Assembly (NCBI RefSeq): GCF_963921235.1
Contig: NC_086108.1
Span: 80,230,001-80,294,000, forward strand
From: Mobula hypostoma
Lineage: Eukaryota
DNA length: 64,000 nt
Direction of reading: 5' to 3'
How positions within the stretch are numbered: the first letter of the stretch is position 1; each line of letters begins with the position of its first letter. Below are positions 26,634 to 39,431 of this stretch, piece after piece. Both the position numbers and the translations under genes were made by a program. The notes under the pieces are model-generated. The model was not told where the DNA came from and ran no database searches. It worked only from the letters and a program-made list of their open reading frames with translations.

Positions 26634-27160
26634 ACACACAAGAGATTCTGCAGATGCTGGAAATCTTGGGAAACACACACAAGATGCTGGAGAAACTCAG
26701 CAAGTAAGGCAGCATCCATGGAAGTGGACAACAGTCAATGTTTAAGGCTGAGGCCCTTTATCAGGATTGGAACGAAAGGGGGGTTGGCAAGAAGCCAGAA
26801 TAAGGTGGGGGAGGGTGAAGGATTACAAACTGGGAGGTGATAGGTGGACAGTGGATCATGGAAGATAGGGAAGGGGGAGGGGAATCAGAAGACGGTGACA
26901 GGCAGGTGAGGAGAAGAGTAGGGTTGAGAGTGTAAGTAGAATGGGGAATGGAAAGAGAAAAGGGGGAAGGGAGAAGTAATAACTGGAAGTTAGAGAAATT
27001 AATGTTCTTGCCATCAGTTTTGAAGGTATCCAGTCAGAGGTGTTGCTGCTCCAACCTGAGATTAGCCTCATTGCGGTGGTAGCCTTTTCAGTCCTGTGAA
27101 AGGTGACAGCTCAAAACATTAACTGTTTAATTCCCTCCGTAAATGCTGCCTGACCTGCAT
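26634..27160 (-). mobile_element. Penelope 3' fragment with inverted terminal piece
   Basis: acacacaagagattctgcagatgctggaaatc.. on the minus strand, and a direct piece agtcctgtgaaagg.. at about 27090-27160. Confidence 0.7.
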
Positions 27161-28445
27161 CAAGTTCAAATGAGCACCGTAAAACCCAACAATGATTTTT
27201 ACTTACCCAAGAATCTTTACTTTAATGCAATATATTTCTGCAAGCCTGCCCAGAAGTCAAATTTAATTGGATTTGGAATGGTGAAGGAATGGCAGAGCGG
27301 ATTCGAGGGTCCAAACGGCCTAATTCTGCTCCTTTGTCTTAGGGTCTCATGGCCTAACTATCTCCCAGCAGCTGCTCGCAGAGATTTTGATTTGTCAACA
27401 AATCTAGTGCTGGGATAGTCTGGTGTAGGTTCAGTGGTAATATCCTGGTCCAGGAAGTGGGATATCTGCAAAGTTCACATTTTTTCATTGGGTCCCTCAG
27501 TGAGCTGCTTTGCTAAGCAGAAGGCTGCACAACAACCTCCAATCAAGAATTGTCCAGTGATAGACACATGTATCTGCAGCTCTGTCACAGAACTTCATGA
27601 AAAATGTGTATATCGTCTTAGGAACCATCCCTCTTCGTTATCACTGTGTGAGGCTGAACCAAATAACTTGTGACTTTGACATTTTATTTGACCTTAAGAT
27701 CAGCTTCTAGCCATGAATATTCTTTGCCACTAAGAGAATCTATTAGCACTTCCATGACATCACTCAGTTTTGGCTTTGCCTTAATTCACCTTCTGATAAA
27801 AACCACAAAATGTAGACTTTTACCTCTCAACTTGATTCACTCACCTACACTCAGACTGTTCTCCCGTCTTACACTTTATATAAAAGTGAACTCAATTAAA
27901 ATTCTTTGGCCTCATCCTTATTCATAACATTCCCTTCACCCAATATTCTTGTACATTTTAGCATTCTAGTCCTATAATACTTCCATACCAAAATCCACAA
28001 TTAGCACAATTATCACAGGGGCTCCCAATATTTTTTACACCATGGACCAATACCATTAAGGAGTCCATGGACCCCAGGTTAGAAACATAGAAAATAGGTG
28101 CAAGAGTAGGCCATTCGGCCCTTCAAGCCTGCATCGCCATTCAGTATGATCATGGCTGATCATCCAACTCAGAACCCTGTACCAGCCTTCCCCCAATACC
28201 CCCTGATCCCTTTAGCCACAAGGGCCATATCTAACTCCCTCTTAAGTATAGCCAATGAACTGGCCTCAACTGTTTCCTGTGGCAGAGAATTCCACAGATT
28301 CACCACTCTCTGTGTGAAGAAGTTTTTCCTAATCTCGGTCCTAAAAGGCTTCCCCTTTATCCTCAAACTGTGACCCCTCATTCTAGACTTCCCCAACATC
28401 AGGAACAATCTTCCTGCATCTAGTCTGTCCAATCCCTTTAGAATT

Positions 28446-29760
28446 CTACTATAAGCCTACTGACTCTCACAGCTCTCTGGACTATTCCTCTTCTCACCCT
28501 GTCTCTTGCAAAAACGCCATCCCCTTCTCGCAATTCCTCCGTCTCCGCCGCATCTGCTCTCAGGATGAGGCTTTTCATTCTAGGACGAGGGAGATGTCTT
28601 CATTTTTTAAAGAAAGGGGCTTCCCTTCCTCCACTATCAACTCTGCTCTTAAACGCATCTCCCCCATTTCACGTACATCTGCTCTCACTCCATCCTCCCA
28701 CCACCCCACTAGGAATAGGGTTCCCCTGGTCCTCACCTACCACCCCACCAGCCTCCGGGTCCAACATATTATTCTCCGTAACTTCCGCCACCTCCAACGG
28801 GATCCCACCACTAAGCATATCTTTCCCTCCCCCCCTCTCTCTGCATTCCGCAGGGATCGCTCCCTACACAACTCCCTTGTCCATTCGTCCCCCCCATCCC
28901 TCCCCACTGATCTCCCTCCTGGCACTTATCCGTGTAAGCGGAACAAGTGCTACACATGCCCTTACACTTCCTCCCTTACCACCATTCAGGGCCCCAAACA
29001 GTCCTTCCAGGTGAGGCATCACTTCACCTGTGAGTCGACTGGGGTGATATACTGCGTCTGGTGCTCCCGATGTGGCCTTTTATATATTGGTGAGACCCGA
29101 CGCAGACTGGGAGACCGCTTCGCTGAACATCTACGCTCTGTCCGCCAGAGAAAGCAGGATCTCCCAGTGGCCACACATTTTAATTCCACATCCCATTCTG
29201 ACATGTCTATCCACGGCCTCCTCTACTGTAAAGATGAAGCCACACTCAGGTTGGAGGAACAACACCTTATATTCCGTATGGGTAGCCTCCAACCTGATGG
29301 CATGAACATTGACTTCTCTAACTTCCGCTAGGCCCCACCTCCCCCTCGTACCCCATCTGTTACTCCTTTTTATGCACACATTCTTTCTCTCACTCTCCTT
29401 TTTCTCCCTCTGTCCCTCTGAATATACCTCTTGCCCATCCTCTGGGTCACCCCCCCCCCCCCGTCTTTCTTCCCGGACCTCCTGTCCCATGATCCTCTCG
29501 AATCCCCTTCTGCCTATCACCTGTCCAGCTCTCGGCTCCATCCCTCCCCCTCCTGTCTTCTCCTATCATTTTGCATCTCCCCCTCACCCTCCAGCTTTCA
29601 AATCCCTTACTCACTCTTCCTTCAGTTAGTCCTGACGAAGGGTCTCGGCCTGAAACGTCGACTGCGCCTCTTCCTATAGATGCTGCCTGGCCTGCTGCGT
29701 TCACCAGCAACTTTGATGTGTGCTGCTTGAATTTCCAGCATCTGCAGAATTCCTGTTGTT
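28446..29760 (+). mobile_element. Young 5'-truncated Penelope-like element (RT thumb, GIY-YIG endonuclease, pLTR)
   Basis: Uninterrupted frame 28447-29331: YYKPTDSHS..FSQFLRLRRICS..CKRNKCYTC..GVIYCVWCSRCGLLYIGETRRRLGDRFAEH..EQHLIFRMGSLQPDGMN. 13-bp TSD tccctttagaatt at 28433-28445 and 29761-29773. Confidence 0.95.
29627..29664 (+). ncRNA. Minimal type I hammerhead ribozyme motif in the Penelope pLTR
   Basis: agtc-CTGACGA-agg(gtctcgg)cct-GAAA-c-GTC|gact. It has the conserved core, helix I agtc/gact, helix II agg/cct, and palindromic ACGT in place of stem III. Confidence 0.75.
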
Positions 29761-30601
29761 TCCCTTTAGAATTTTATATGTTTCAATAAGATCCCCCCTC
29801 AATCTTCTAAATTCCAACTAGTATAAGCCTAGTCGATCCAGTCTTTCATCATATGAAAGTCCTGCCATCCCAGGAATCAATCTGGTGAACCTTCTTTGTA
29901 CCCCCTCTATGGCAAGGATGTCTTTCCTCAGATTAGGGGACCAAAACTGCACACAATACTCCAGGTGTGGTCTCACCAAGGCCTTGTACAACTGCAGTAG
30001 TACCTCCCTGCTCCTGTACTCGAATCCTCTTGCTATGAAGGCCAGCATACCATTTGCCTTTTTCACTGCCTGTTGTACCTGCATGCCCACTTTCAATGAC
30101 TGGTGTATAATGACACCCAGGTCTCGTTGCACCTCCCCTTTTCCTAATCGGCCACCATTCAGATAATAATCTGTTTTCCTGTTTTTGCCAACAAAGTGGA
30201 TAACTTCACATTTATCCACATTAAATTGCATCTGCCATGAATTTGCCCACTCACCTAACCTATCCAAGTCACTCTGCATCCTCTCAGCATCCTCCTCACA
30301 GCTAACACTGCCACCCAGCTTTGTGTCATCCGCAAACTTGGAGATGCTGCATTTAATTCCCTCATCTAAGTCATTAATATATATTGTAAAGAACTGGGGT
30401 CCCAGCACTGAGCCTTGCAGTACCCCACTAGTCACTGCCTGCCATTCTGAATAGGTCCCGTTTATTCCCACTCTTTGCTTCCTGTCTGCCAACCAATTCT
30501 CTATCCACATCAATACCTTACCCCCAATACCGTGTGCTTTAAGTTTGCACACTAATCTCCTGTGTGGGACCTTGTCAAAAGCCTTTTGAAAATCCAAATA
30601 T

Positions 30602-32082
30602 TCCTAAATGGGTAGTATTGGAATTACAATCTGCTCAGGGCTATGCACTTGGTTCTATTTTCGGTTCCTCTCTTCCTTTTGATTTGAAACGCCTCAAACT
30701 GGTCTCTAACCCGATAGTTAAATATACCTTGCGTATTTGGTTTCAATTCAGAAAATTTTTTGATCTCAACCAATTTGGGCTAGCGATCCCTATTTTAGGT
30801 AACATATTTTTTCCTCCCTCTTTCACGGATCGTGCGTTTCAAATTTGGAAGACTAAGGGTATTTCACGGTTTTTGGATTTATTTTTAGATGGTTCCCTTA
30901 TGTCTTTTGAACAATTATCTAATAAATATAATTTACCAAGAATACATTTTTTAGATATCTTCAAGTTAGAAATTTCCTAAGTACTATACTTTCTTCCTTT
31001 CCAATGCTTCCTCCTACATATATTTTAGATATTATAATTAACCTTAATCCATGTCAGAAAAGTGCATCGGCTATGATTTATAATATTATTATGAAACTTA
31101 GGAAAGCTCCATTTGATAAGATTAGGTCAGATTGGGAACAAGAATTGGGTTCTATTATTTCCATGGATGACTGGGGGCAGATTTTACAATTAGTCAATAC
31201 TTCCACTATCTGTGCTAAACATTCCCTAATTCAATTTAAAGTTGTTCATAGAGCACATATGTCCAAAGATAAATTAGCTCATTTTTATTCTCATATTAAT
31301 CCTTTTTGTGATAGATGTCCAGGGCAGATAGCCTCTTTAACTCATATGTTTTGGTCTTGTCCTACTCTGGAAACTTTTTGGAGAGACATTTTTAATATTA
31401 TCTCAAAGGTATTGAATATAGATATCTCTCCTCATCTTATTACTGCTATCTTTGGATTACTTAAAATTTCCAGTAATCTTTCCCCTCCAGCCCGTAGAAT
31501 GATTGCATTTCTTACTTTAATGGCGGAAAGATGTATCTTACAACATTGGAAAGAGCCTAATGCTCCAACTACCTTTTTTTGGTTTTCCCAGACAATATTA
31601 TGCTTAAATTTGGAGAAAATTAGAAGTAATCTTTATGATTCCTCACTTAAATTTGAACAGACCTGGAGATCTTTTATTCAATATTTTCATTTAATGTAAT
31701 TTTTTTTCTCTTTTGTTCCATATTTATATTCCCTTCTTGCCTTTTTTTTAACTGTTTTTAATGGAGGTCGGGTTTGAGGACGTGATCTTAAGTTCTTTAA
31801 CTCTACCTGTTTCCAAGTTAGCCCATTGCTTTGCTTTGCTTTTAGTTTAGTTGCACGGTGGGTATTTTTGGGGGGGTTTTTCCTTTTCTCTATTGATATA
31901 TATATATATATATATAAAAATTAGTATACTATTATTTTACCATATTATTTTATGTTTAACTTGCACTGTTTGTATCAATTTTTTCTTCTGTATTAATATC
32001 TCCTGTAATTTCTAACAGTGTGTTAGTGCCTTTATGGTTTACCCTTTGTATACTTATTCAATAAAAAGATTTAAAAAGAAAA
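30602..32082 (+). mobile_element. L1-clade LINE, 5'-truncated, copy 1
   Basis: CCHC knuckle FCDRCPGQIASLTHMFWSC, aataaa plus A-rich tail, and 14-bp TSD gaaaatccaaatat (30588-30601, 32083-32096). One frameshift near 30950. Confidence 0.9.
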
Positions 32083-32839
32083 GAAAATCCAAATATACCA
32101 CATCCACTGGTTCTTCCCTATCCACTCTACTAGTTACATCCTCAAAAAATTCTATCAGATTCGTCAGACATGATTTTCCTTTCACAAATCCATGCTGACT
32201 TTGTCCGATGATTTCACCACTTTCCAAATGTGCTGTTATCACAACTTTGATAACTGACTCTAGCATTTTCCCCACCACCGATGTCAGACTAAGCGGTCTA
32301 TAATTCCCTGGTTTCTCTCTCCCTCCTTTTTTAAAAAGTGGGGTTACATTAGCCACCCTCCAATCCTCAGGAACTAGTCCAGAATCTAAAGAGTTTTGAA
32401 AAATGATCACTAATGCATCCACTATTTCTTGGGCTGCTTCCTTAAGCACTCTGGGATGCAGACCATCTGGCCCTGGGGATTTATCTGCCTTTAATCCCTT
32501 CAATTTACCTAACACCACCTTCCCTACTAACATATATTTCCCTCAGTTCCTCCATCTCACTGGACCCTCTGTCCCCTACTATTTCTGGAAGATTATTTAT
32601 GTCCTCCTTAGTAACCAAAGTAGTTATTCAATTGGTCTGCCATGTCCTTGCTCCCCATAATCAATTCACCTGTTTCTGTCTGTAGGGGACCTTTAGGAAT
32701 CCCTGCTGTCAGATTTCCACTCAGCCTCCAATGCTACAGAAAAAAAAACTAAGTTTGTTCAAACTCAGCATCCTGCACCCTTACCAAAGCCTCAACATCC
32801 TTCCTATTCTTCTGGATTCCTGCACATCATAGATCTTTA

Positions 32840-33153
32840 AAGTAACACACATAAAAATTGCTAGTGAACGCAGCAGGCCGGGCAGCATCTATAGGAAGAT
32901 GTACAGTCGACATTTCGGGCTGAGACCCTCCGTCAGGACTAACTGAAAGAAGAGATAGTAAGAGGTTTGAAAGTGGGAGGGGGAGGGGGGAGATCCCTTA
33001 CTATCTCTTCTTTCAGTTAGTCCTGACGAATGGTCTCGGCCCAAAACGTCAACTGTACCTCTTCCTATAGATGCTGCCTGGCCTGCTGCGTTCACCAGCA
33101 ATTTTTATGTGTGTTGCTTGAAATTCCAGCATCTGCAGAATTCCTCGTGTTTG
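32840..33153. mobile_element. Penelope pLTR fold-back element
   Basis: Long inverted arms. TSD catcatagatcttta / catcatagattttta (32825-32839, 33154-33168). Confidence 0.85.
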
Positions 33154-34763
33154 CATCATAGATTTTTATCAGTTTAGCGTTGATGGCTGTGGTAAGAGCC
33201 TGAGATCTAAAATTCTCTATCTATCCTCTTGTTACTCACTTTAAAATGCTCTAAAATTTAAATATTTTAACCTCTTCCTGTGAATCACTGTGATATTTGA
33301 TATTAAAAGCACAATGTAAATGCAGTTGCTGCTGTTATGATGAAATGTCAAATAACAGATTGCAGAAGTCAAAGTATGGAAAGAGATAGTGTTAAAGAAG
33401 AGCTTTGCATCATCTGTATGTTATTGATTTCATGTTTTGAGATGGAGTTGCCAAAGGCATCATGGGATGTTAATCTCCTACAATTCTAGTGCATGATTAC
33501 TTACAGTATCAGTATCTCTGTCCACCTTAACGTCTCTGGATGTTAAGTATGAAGTCTTTACCAATTTCCTGGAGCAAAATAACAGAGAAAGCATTGTACC
33601 CCTGTTAAATTTTGACTTAGTAATACTCCTAGTCAGTACTCCCTTAATGAAATAGAACAAACATTAAAATAATATGTCCCTAACAGTGTATGTGTCAAAC
33701 AAATGTGGAACATTCTGACAATAGAGAAACACCAAAACATTTTCAAAGCCTCAGTTCTATTCTTTTTATTTGGTAGTTGTCCATAGTAAGTGCAGTATTG
33801 AAACAAACATTGGGTAGGAAAGACAGAAATGGGAGGGGTTATGATGATTTTCAATTGGAAGGCTAGCTTTGTCAGAAGTCTTAATGGATATTGGCTGCAC
33901 CCGTATCTGGATTAAGTTGCTGCCAAATTCATAACAAGGTACTCTTCACTTTTGACTATACAACAGTGTACAGGAAGTCACTGGGTTTTGTTTGGGTTCT
34001 GTTCCTGAGAACTCACTATAACATGATTTTTCCATGAGTCGATGTAAGGCAGTGAGTACTGAAGTGATAAATAAGACAAACTTGAGTGTAATTTGGGATG
34101 TGCACAGCAGAGATCTGGTTTATGTCAACCTTACAGAAATGCTATATTTTATATTATGTTTAATGATGTAAAATGTCCCTGGGTCTACATAGCTACTGTC
34201 AATCTGTTTTTCAATGCAGTAACAAAAGACTTGCTTCTGATATTAATGTAGTAGATTTCTACAAGCCTGTCCAAAGACTCACTCACAAAACTAGGTTTCA
34301 CAGAAATCAAATTAAATTGGATTTGGAACTGAAAACTATTATTAGAATAAAGTCACCTCATATAGTTGTATAGTATCCATTCATCAGACCTATAGGTAAC
34401 TGTAGTTACCTATATTGTATTGCTCTACAAAACCTTCTTATCATTCTTTCATTTCATTGAATATCTTCTATGTTCACATAAACTAATTAAACTAATGGAA
34501 CATTCGTTTACTATATCCAGTTGCTAACATTGCTGTCTTAAACAATTCTTTAAATAATTTTGGCAGAATTTGCATAAAATTGGCTTCCACTTTTCTGGTC
34601 TCCTTTCAAAGCAGGTAATGTCACATTTCCGAACTTGGTATTAGATTTACCAAAGGTTTACACATCTGCATCCCCTTGTGGAATCTTTGTGTCCATTCAC
34701 AACCTGCTTTCCCACCCATTCATCTTCATATAATCAACAAATGTGTTTATGATATATTATCCA

Positions 34764-34863
34764 AGCAACACACACAAAATGCTGGAGGAAAGAAGCAGGC
34801 CAGGCAGCATCTATGGACAAGAGTACAGTCGATGTTTCGGGCCGAAACCCTTCATCAAGACTC
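34764..34863 (-). mobile_element. Penelope pLTR fragment
   Basis: agcaacacacacaaaatgctggagga..tttcgggccgaaacccttcatcaagact. Confidence 0.75.
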
Positions 34864-35310
34864 ACCCCTTCATTTGCAAATAGAGCTAATCAAGGCCAAA
34901 CACTTATCCTTGAGCACACAATGACCCAAGTATGCCGCTTAGATGGCTCTTGGTAGCACTCTTCATCCTGGCGTCCAAGACACGCCACTCACCTATTTTT
35001 TAAAAGTACATCTACTCAGCTTCGTACTGCTGTGCCAGGAATCTGAGCACAAACCCTGCCTTCCACCGATGCTCCACGGCGATGAATTATTCATAACTTG
35101 TGTGCAGAGTGAGGGCCATTGTCTTGTACAGCACAAGGGTGAGCAGTTTAGCTGCTTGGGGGGTCAGGACTATACTCTATCCAGCACAGTGAGGATGGGC
35201 CATTGTCGAGGAATGGCAGCACCTTCTGCTTTCAGATGATGCATCCCAGGTTACCAGCACAGTGGCTCTGTCAGTAGCATTTCTCTCTGTAAGTAAGACT
35301 ATGATAATCA

Positions 35311-36710
35311 AATTTCAAAGTAAATTTAGTATCAAAGTACATGTATGTCACCATATTCAGCTCTGAGATTCATTTTTTTGCGGGCATACTCAATAAATCC
35401 AAAAACCATAATAGAATCAATGAAAGACCACTTGCAACTGGGCGTACAGCTAGTGTGCAAAAGATAACAAAACTGTGCAAATGCAAAAATAAATAAAATA
35501 ATAAAGAAACAATAGCTGTCAAGCACATGAGATGAAGAGTCTTTGAAAGTGAGTCCATAGGTTGTGGAAATAGTTCAGTGATGGGCAAGTGAAGTTGAGA
35601 GAAGTTAACCCATTTGGTTCAAGAGCCTGATTATTGAAGGATAATAACTATTCCCTGAACCTGGTGGTGTTAGTCCTGAGGCTCCTGTAATTGCTTCCTG
35701 ATGGCAGCAGTGAGAAAAAAGCACAACCTGGGTGGTGGGGGTCCCTGATGATGGATGCTGCTTTGTTGTAACAATGCTCTGTATAGATGTGCTCAATGTG
35801 GCTTTACCCATGATGGACTGGATCGAGCCTACTACTTTTTGTAGGATTTTCTGTTCAAGGGCGTTAGTGTTTCCATGCCAGGCTGTGATGCAGCCAGACA
35901 ATATACTTTCCACCACACATCTATAGAAGTTTGTCAAAGTTTTAGATATCATGTTGAATCTTTGAAGACTCCTAAGGAAGTAGAGGCGTTGTTGTGATTT
36001 CTTCATAAATGCCTCGGACAGATCCTCTGAAACACCACTGAGGAATTTAGTGCTACCTCTGAACCCTGATGAGGACTGGCTAATGGACCTCTGGTTTCCT
36101 CCTCCTGAAGTCAAAGATCAACTCCTTTGTCTTGCTGACATTGAGTAAGTGGATGTCGTTGTGGCACCATTCAGCCAGATTTTTAATCTCCCTCCTATAT
36201 GCTGATATGACACCACTTCAATTCTGCCTATGACAATAATGTCATCAGCAAACTTGAATATGGCATTGGAGTTGTGCTTAACCACACAATCTTAAGTGTA
36301 AAACAAGTCAAGCAGGGGCCTAAGCACACAGCCCCGTGGTGCACCTGTACTGAGGGAGATTGTGAAAGAGTTGTTGTTGCCAATCCGAACTGACTGGGTT
36401 GTGCAAGTGAGGAAATTGAGGATCCAACTGCACAAGGAGTTATTAGGGCCAAGGTCTTGAAGCTTATTGATTTGTTTTGAGGGGATGATAGTATTGAATA
36501 CCGAGCTGTAGTCAATGATGGGTGTCCTGCTGTATGCATCTTTGCTGTCCAGATGTTCCAGGGTTGAGTGAAGAGTCAATGAGATGGCATCTACTGTAGA
36601 CCTGTTGTGCTGTTAGGCAGATTGGAGTGGATCCAAGTTGCTTCTCAGGCAGAAGGTGATATATTTCATCATCAACCTCTCAAAACACTTCATCACTGTG
36701 GATGTAAGTT
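35311..36710 (-). mobile_element. Rex-Babar-type LINE, RT plus 3' region (type A)
   Basis: [39 protein letters not shown] and QQRLYFLRSLQRF..LTNFYRCVVESILSGCITAWHGN. An internal RT piece also lies at about 37900-38070. Confidence 0.85.
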
Positions 36711-39431
36711 ATCACATTTAATGCTGATTTTATAGGAATGGGAAGGCATTCTGAGTGCTAAACAAGGCACAGTATAGTTACAAATTACCAACGTGATATT
36801 ATCTATTTTTGCAACTTTGTTTTCCAGTGGTTAGTCAGTTGCCCTGTCTAATCTAACATAGTATACTCCCTGTAATATCTTCATGAATGCATTGAAAGCA
36901 TTGAAAACAGGCAGCTTGGGTTACATAAGGGTTGAATTCCTGAGTTTATCCATGGCAGAAATGAACAATTTCAATGAAGTCAATTAATTTGAACGTTTAT
37001 ATATTGTCTTGCCCTGTATAGTTACAATGATACAGAATCAGAATGTCCCACATTCAATAGCCCATTTTGATGGTCTTAAGGTATGAATGGATGTTACATG
37101 AAATTGCCTTATTTACTTCCAAAGCAAATCTTTCATGGGCTCCCATTGTGAACTGGCTGCTGCCGTACAATGGTATCTGATTACTGCATGGATGCTGTAT
37201 GTAAACATTTTTTGAATCTTTAAAATTAACTCTTTTAAGTTAACTATCTGCTGCCTCTATTCCATAACTTCTGAAGAGGTTGCATTTCTGGAACTAATTT
37301 CCCTATGTAGAAAAATACTTTGAAAATTTATTGGAAGAAATTAATTTCCATAAGTCAGGCTTTCTGGAACTCAGGACGGCCCGATACATAATAAAGATAA
37401 AGATTTCTTCATAGATTACCCAGGTGTTGAGACTTCAAAACAATGCTGCTGACTAAGTATTCTAGTCAGAACTGTTTACGTTGCAAAGCGCGTTGCTACA
37501 AAGACGTACCACATGGCTCTTCTGCCCATGAGAAGGAGACACTTGCATTTGTCCCATTTCAGCATGGCGTGAAGTGTGGAAGTAGCCAAGAGCCATGGCT
37601 TAGTGAAAATTATGCTCTTGGACTATTACCTCAGATTTATTAACTTTGCACAGGGCATTCACCATGATTATTGTACAACAGAGATCCACAATACATCATT
37701 CTTCCGCTTCTACATGTTGATACATTATATGGAAGCAAAAGCATTTTCCCCATGAACATTTTTAGTTTTTTTTAAAGTACTGGGGGAATTGCCATTGTCA
37801 TATGTGCTGCACCAATATGAAACTTCATAACTACTTTCACTACAGGAGGCTGGGTATCCCAAATGACTCGCCTCAAATATTCCAAAATCTTTCCAGCATC
37901 TACAAACTACGACAGTAGTGTTGTCAGCAAACTTGAACATGGCATTGGAGTTATTCTTAGCCACACAGTCATAAGTGTAAAGCAAGTAGAGCGGGGCTAA
38001 GCACACAGCACTGAGGTGCACCAGTACTGAGGGAGATTGTGGAGGGGAGCTGCCAATCCAAACTGACAAAGAACCTGGTGAACGCTCTCCATTTGTTTAG
38101 ATGAGTGCAAGTCCAGCACCAGACGCAGAGAACTACAGTTTCCACAAGTTGTTGATAGGTGGCACGGTGCTTCATTTCATAAAGCTGCTGCCTCATATCC
38201 CTCGCAATCGGATCTGATCCCATCTCTGTATATTAGCATAATAGGCAGGAATAGACCACACAGTCCATCAAGTTTGATCTGCCTGGAGTCTGTGTGTGAC
38301 TGCACCTATTTCCTCTGGGTGCTCCAGTTTTCCTTCAGTTCCTCAAGACATGTAGGTTAAGTGACAACTGTAAACTGCTCCTGCTGTGTCTGTGATTGGA
38401 GGAATCTGTGGAAGTGATTGGGCAGAGGGGAAGTTGTTGAAAATGAGAGGGGCTAGGTGGAGAATAAAAAGGGTTTGAGTGCAATTAGTGTAAAAATGGG
38501 TGGTTGATGGTCCGCATGGACTTGGTGGGTCGAAGGGCCTGATTCCTGCTGCAATTCCATGACTCCAAGACTGCAACTGTCCAAAAAGGTAGCTTACCAG
38601 CATGTACTCTGGGGAAATTAGAGACAGGGAATAAATGCTAGCTTTAGCAGCAATTCCCAGATTCTGAGGATTTATTTTTGTTAAATTCATTAAACAGTGA
38701 AGGCCATTGAAATGATGGCTTATGAAAGAAAGTGCTGTTGGTGTCTAAGCAGCTCTCTCTGTAGGAATTCTATAGCATCTGCAAATGCAATATTTGATTA
38801 GGCAGTTGTTTACAAGAAAACCCAGAACATAATTCAGATAAACATATTGGCACTAAAAATGGCCGGGACCTGCATGTATTTCTTCTGAAAAATATTCGCA
38901 ACATAGTTATCTGTCATACTTCACCTACCCCACCCTACCCCGATCCTGCTTTGTGCTGTCCAGCATAAAGTGTAGACAGATCTTATATATGCACCCAGGA
39001 AAAGTCCACAGAGGACATTTTCACTCAAAATTTAAAAAAAAAACAGAAAATGCTGGAAAAAGTAGTGGGGCACCTGACTTACCAAGTACTTCTGGCATTT
39101 TTTCTTTCAGTTTCCGATTTCCAGCTTTGGTCAGTTTTGATTCGCTAAGTTCACCTGCAATATACAAAGAGGAAAATAGCCCACTCCGTCATTGATGCCT
39201 CCTCCTTGCATCAACTCATTTGCTGCTGAAATGGTCATCCAAACATTTTTTTTAACTTCCCAAGTTTTACTGTTTCAATGCCCACCCGAGAAGCGTTCCT
39301 AGTTTTACACTCTGTGAATATGAGGAATTTCAAATCTCTGCTGCCACAATCCTAATGCATACCAAATCTCATTCACCTACCCCTTTGTATTTGTAGAATT
39401 ATAGTGCCTTGCTCTTAGAACTTGCACTCTT

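Larger units (their letters stand above)
28083..32692 (-). mobile_element. Young CR1 LINE, 5'-truncated ORF2 (RT) plus 3' UTR, interrupted twice
   Basis: KSPGPDGLHPRVLKE..QHGFVKGKSCLTNL..VYLDF(QKAFDKVPH)..QGSVLGP..KFADD..YKALVRPHLEYC. The 3' tail is ttctatgtttcta. Confidence 0.95.
28016..32705. mobile_element. Small hAT-type MITE split by a CR1 insertion (halves 28016-28082 and 32693-32705)
   Basis: caggggctcccaa...ggaccccaggtt | ttaggaatccctg re-forms a TIR pair like the element at 11323-11402. Confidence 0.55.

Noticed and set aside
37400..37900. Possible terminal exons (for example LGELPLSYVLHQYETS*)
   Set aside because: Short, with no recognisable homology and no supporting upstream exons.
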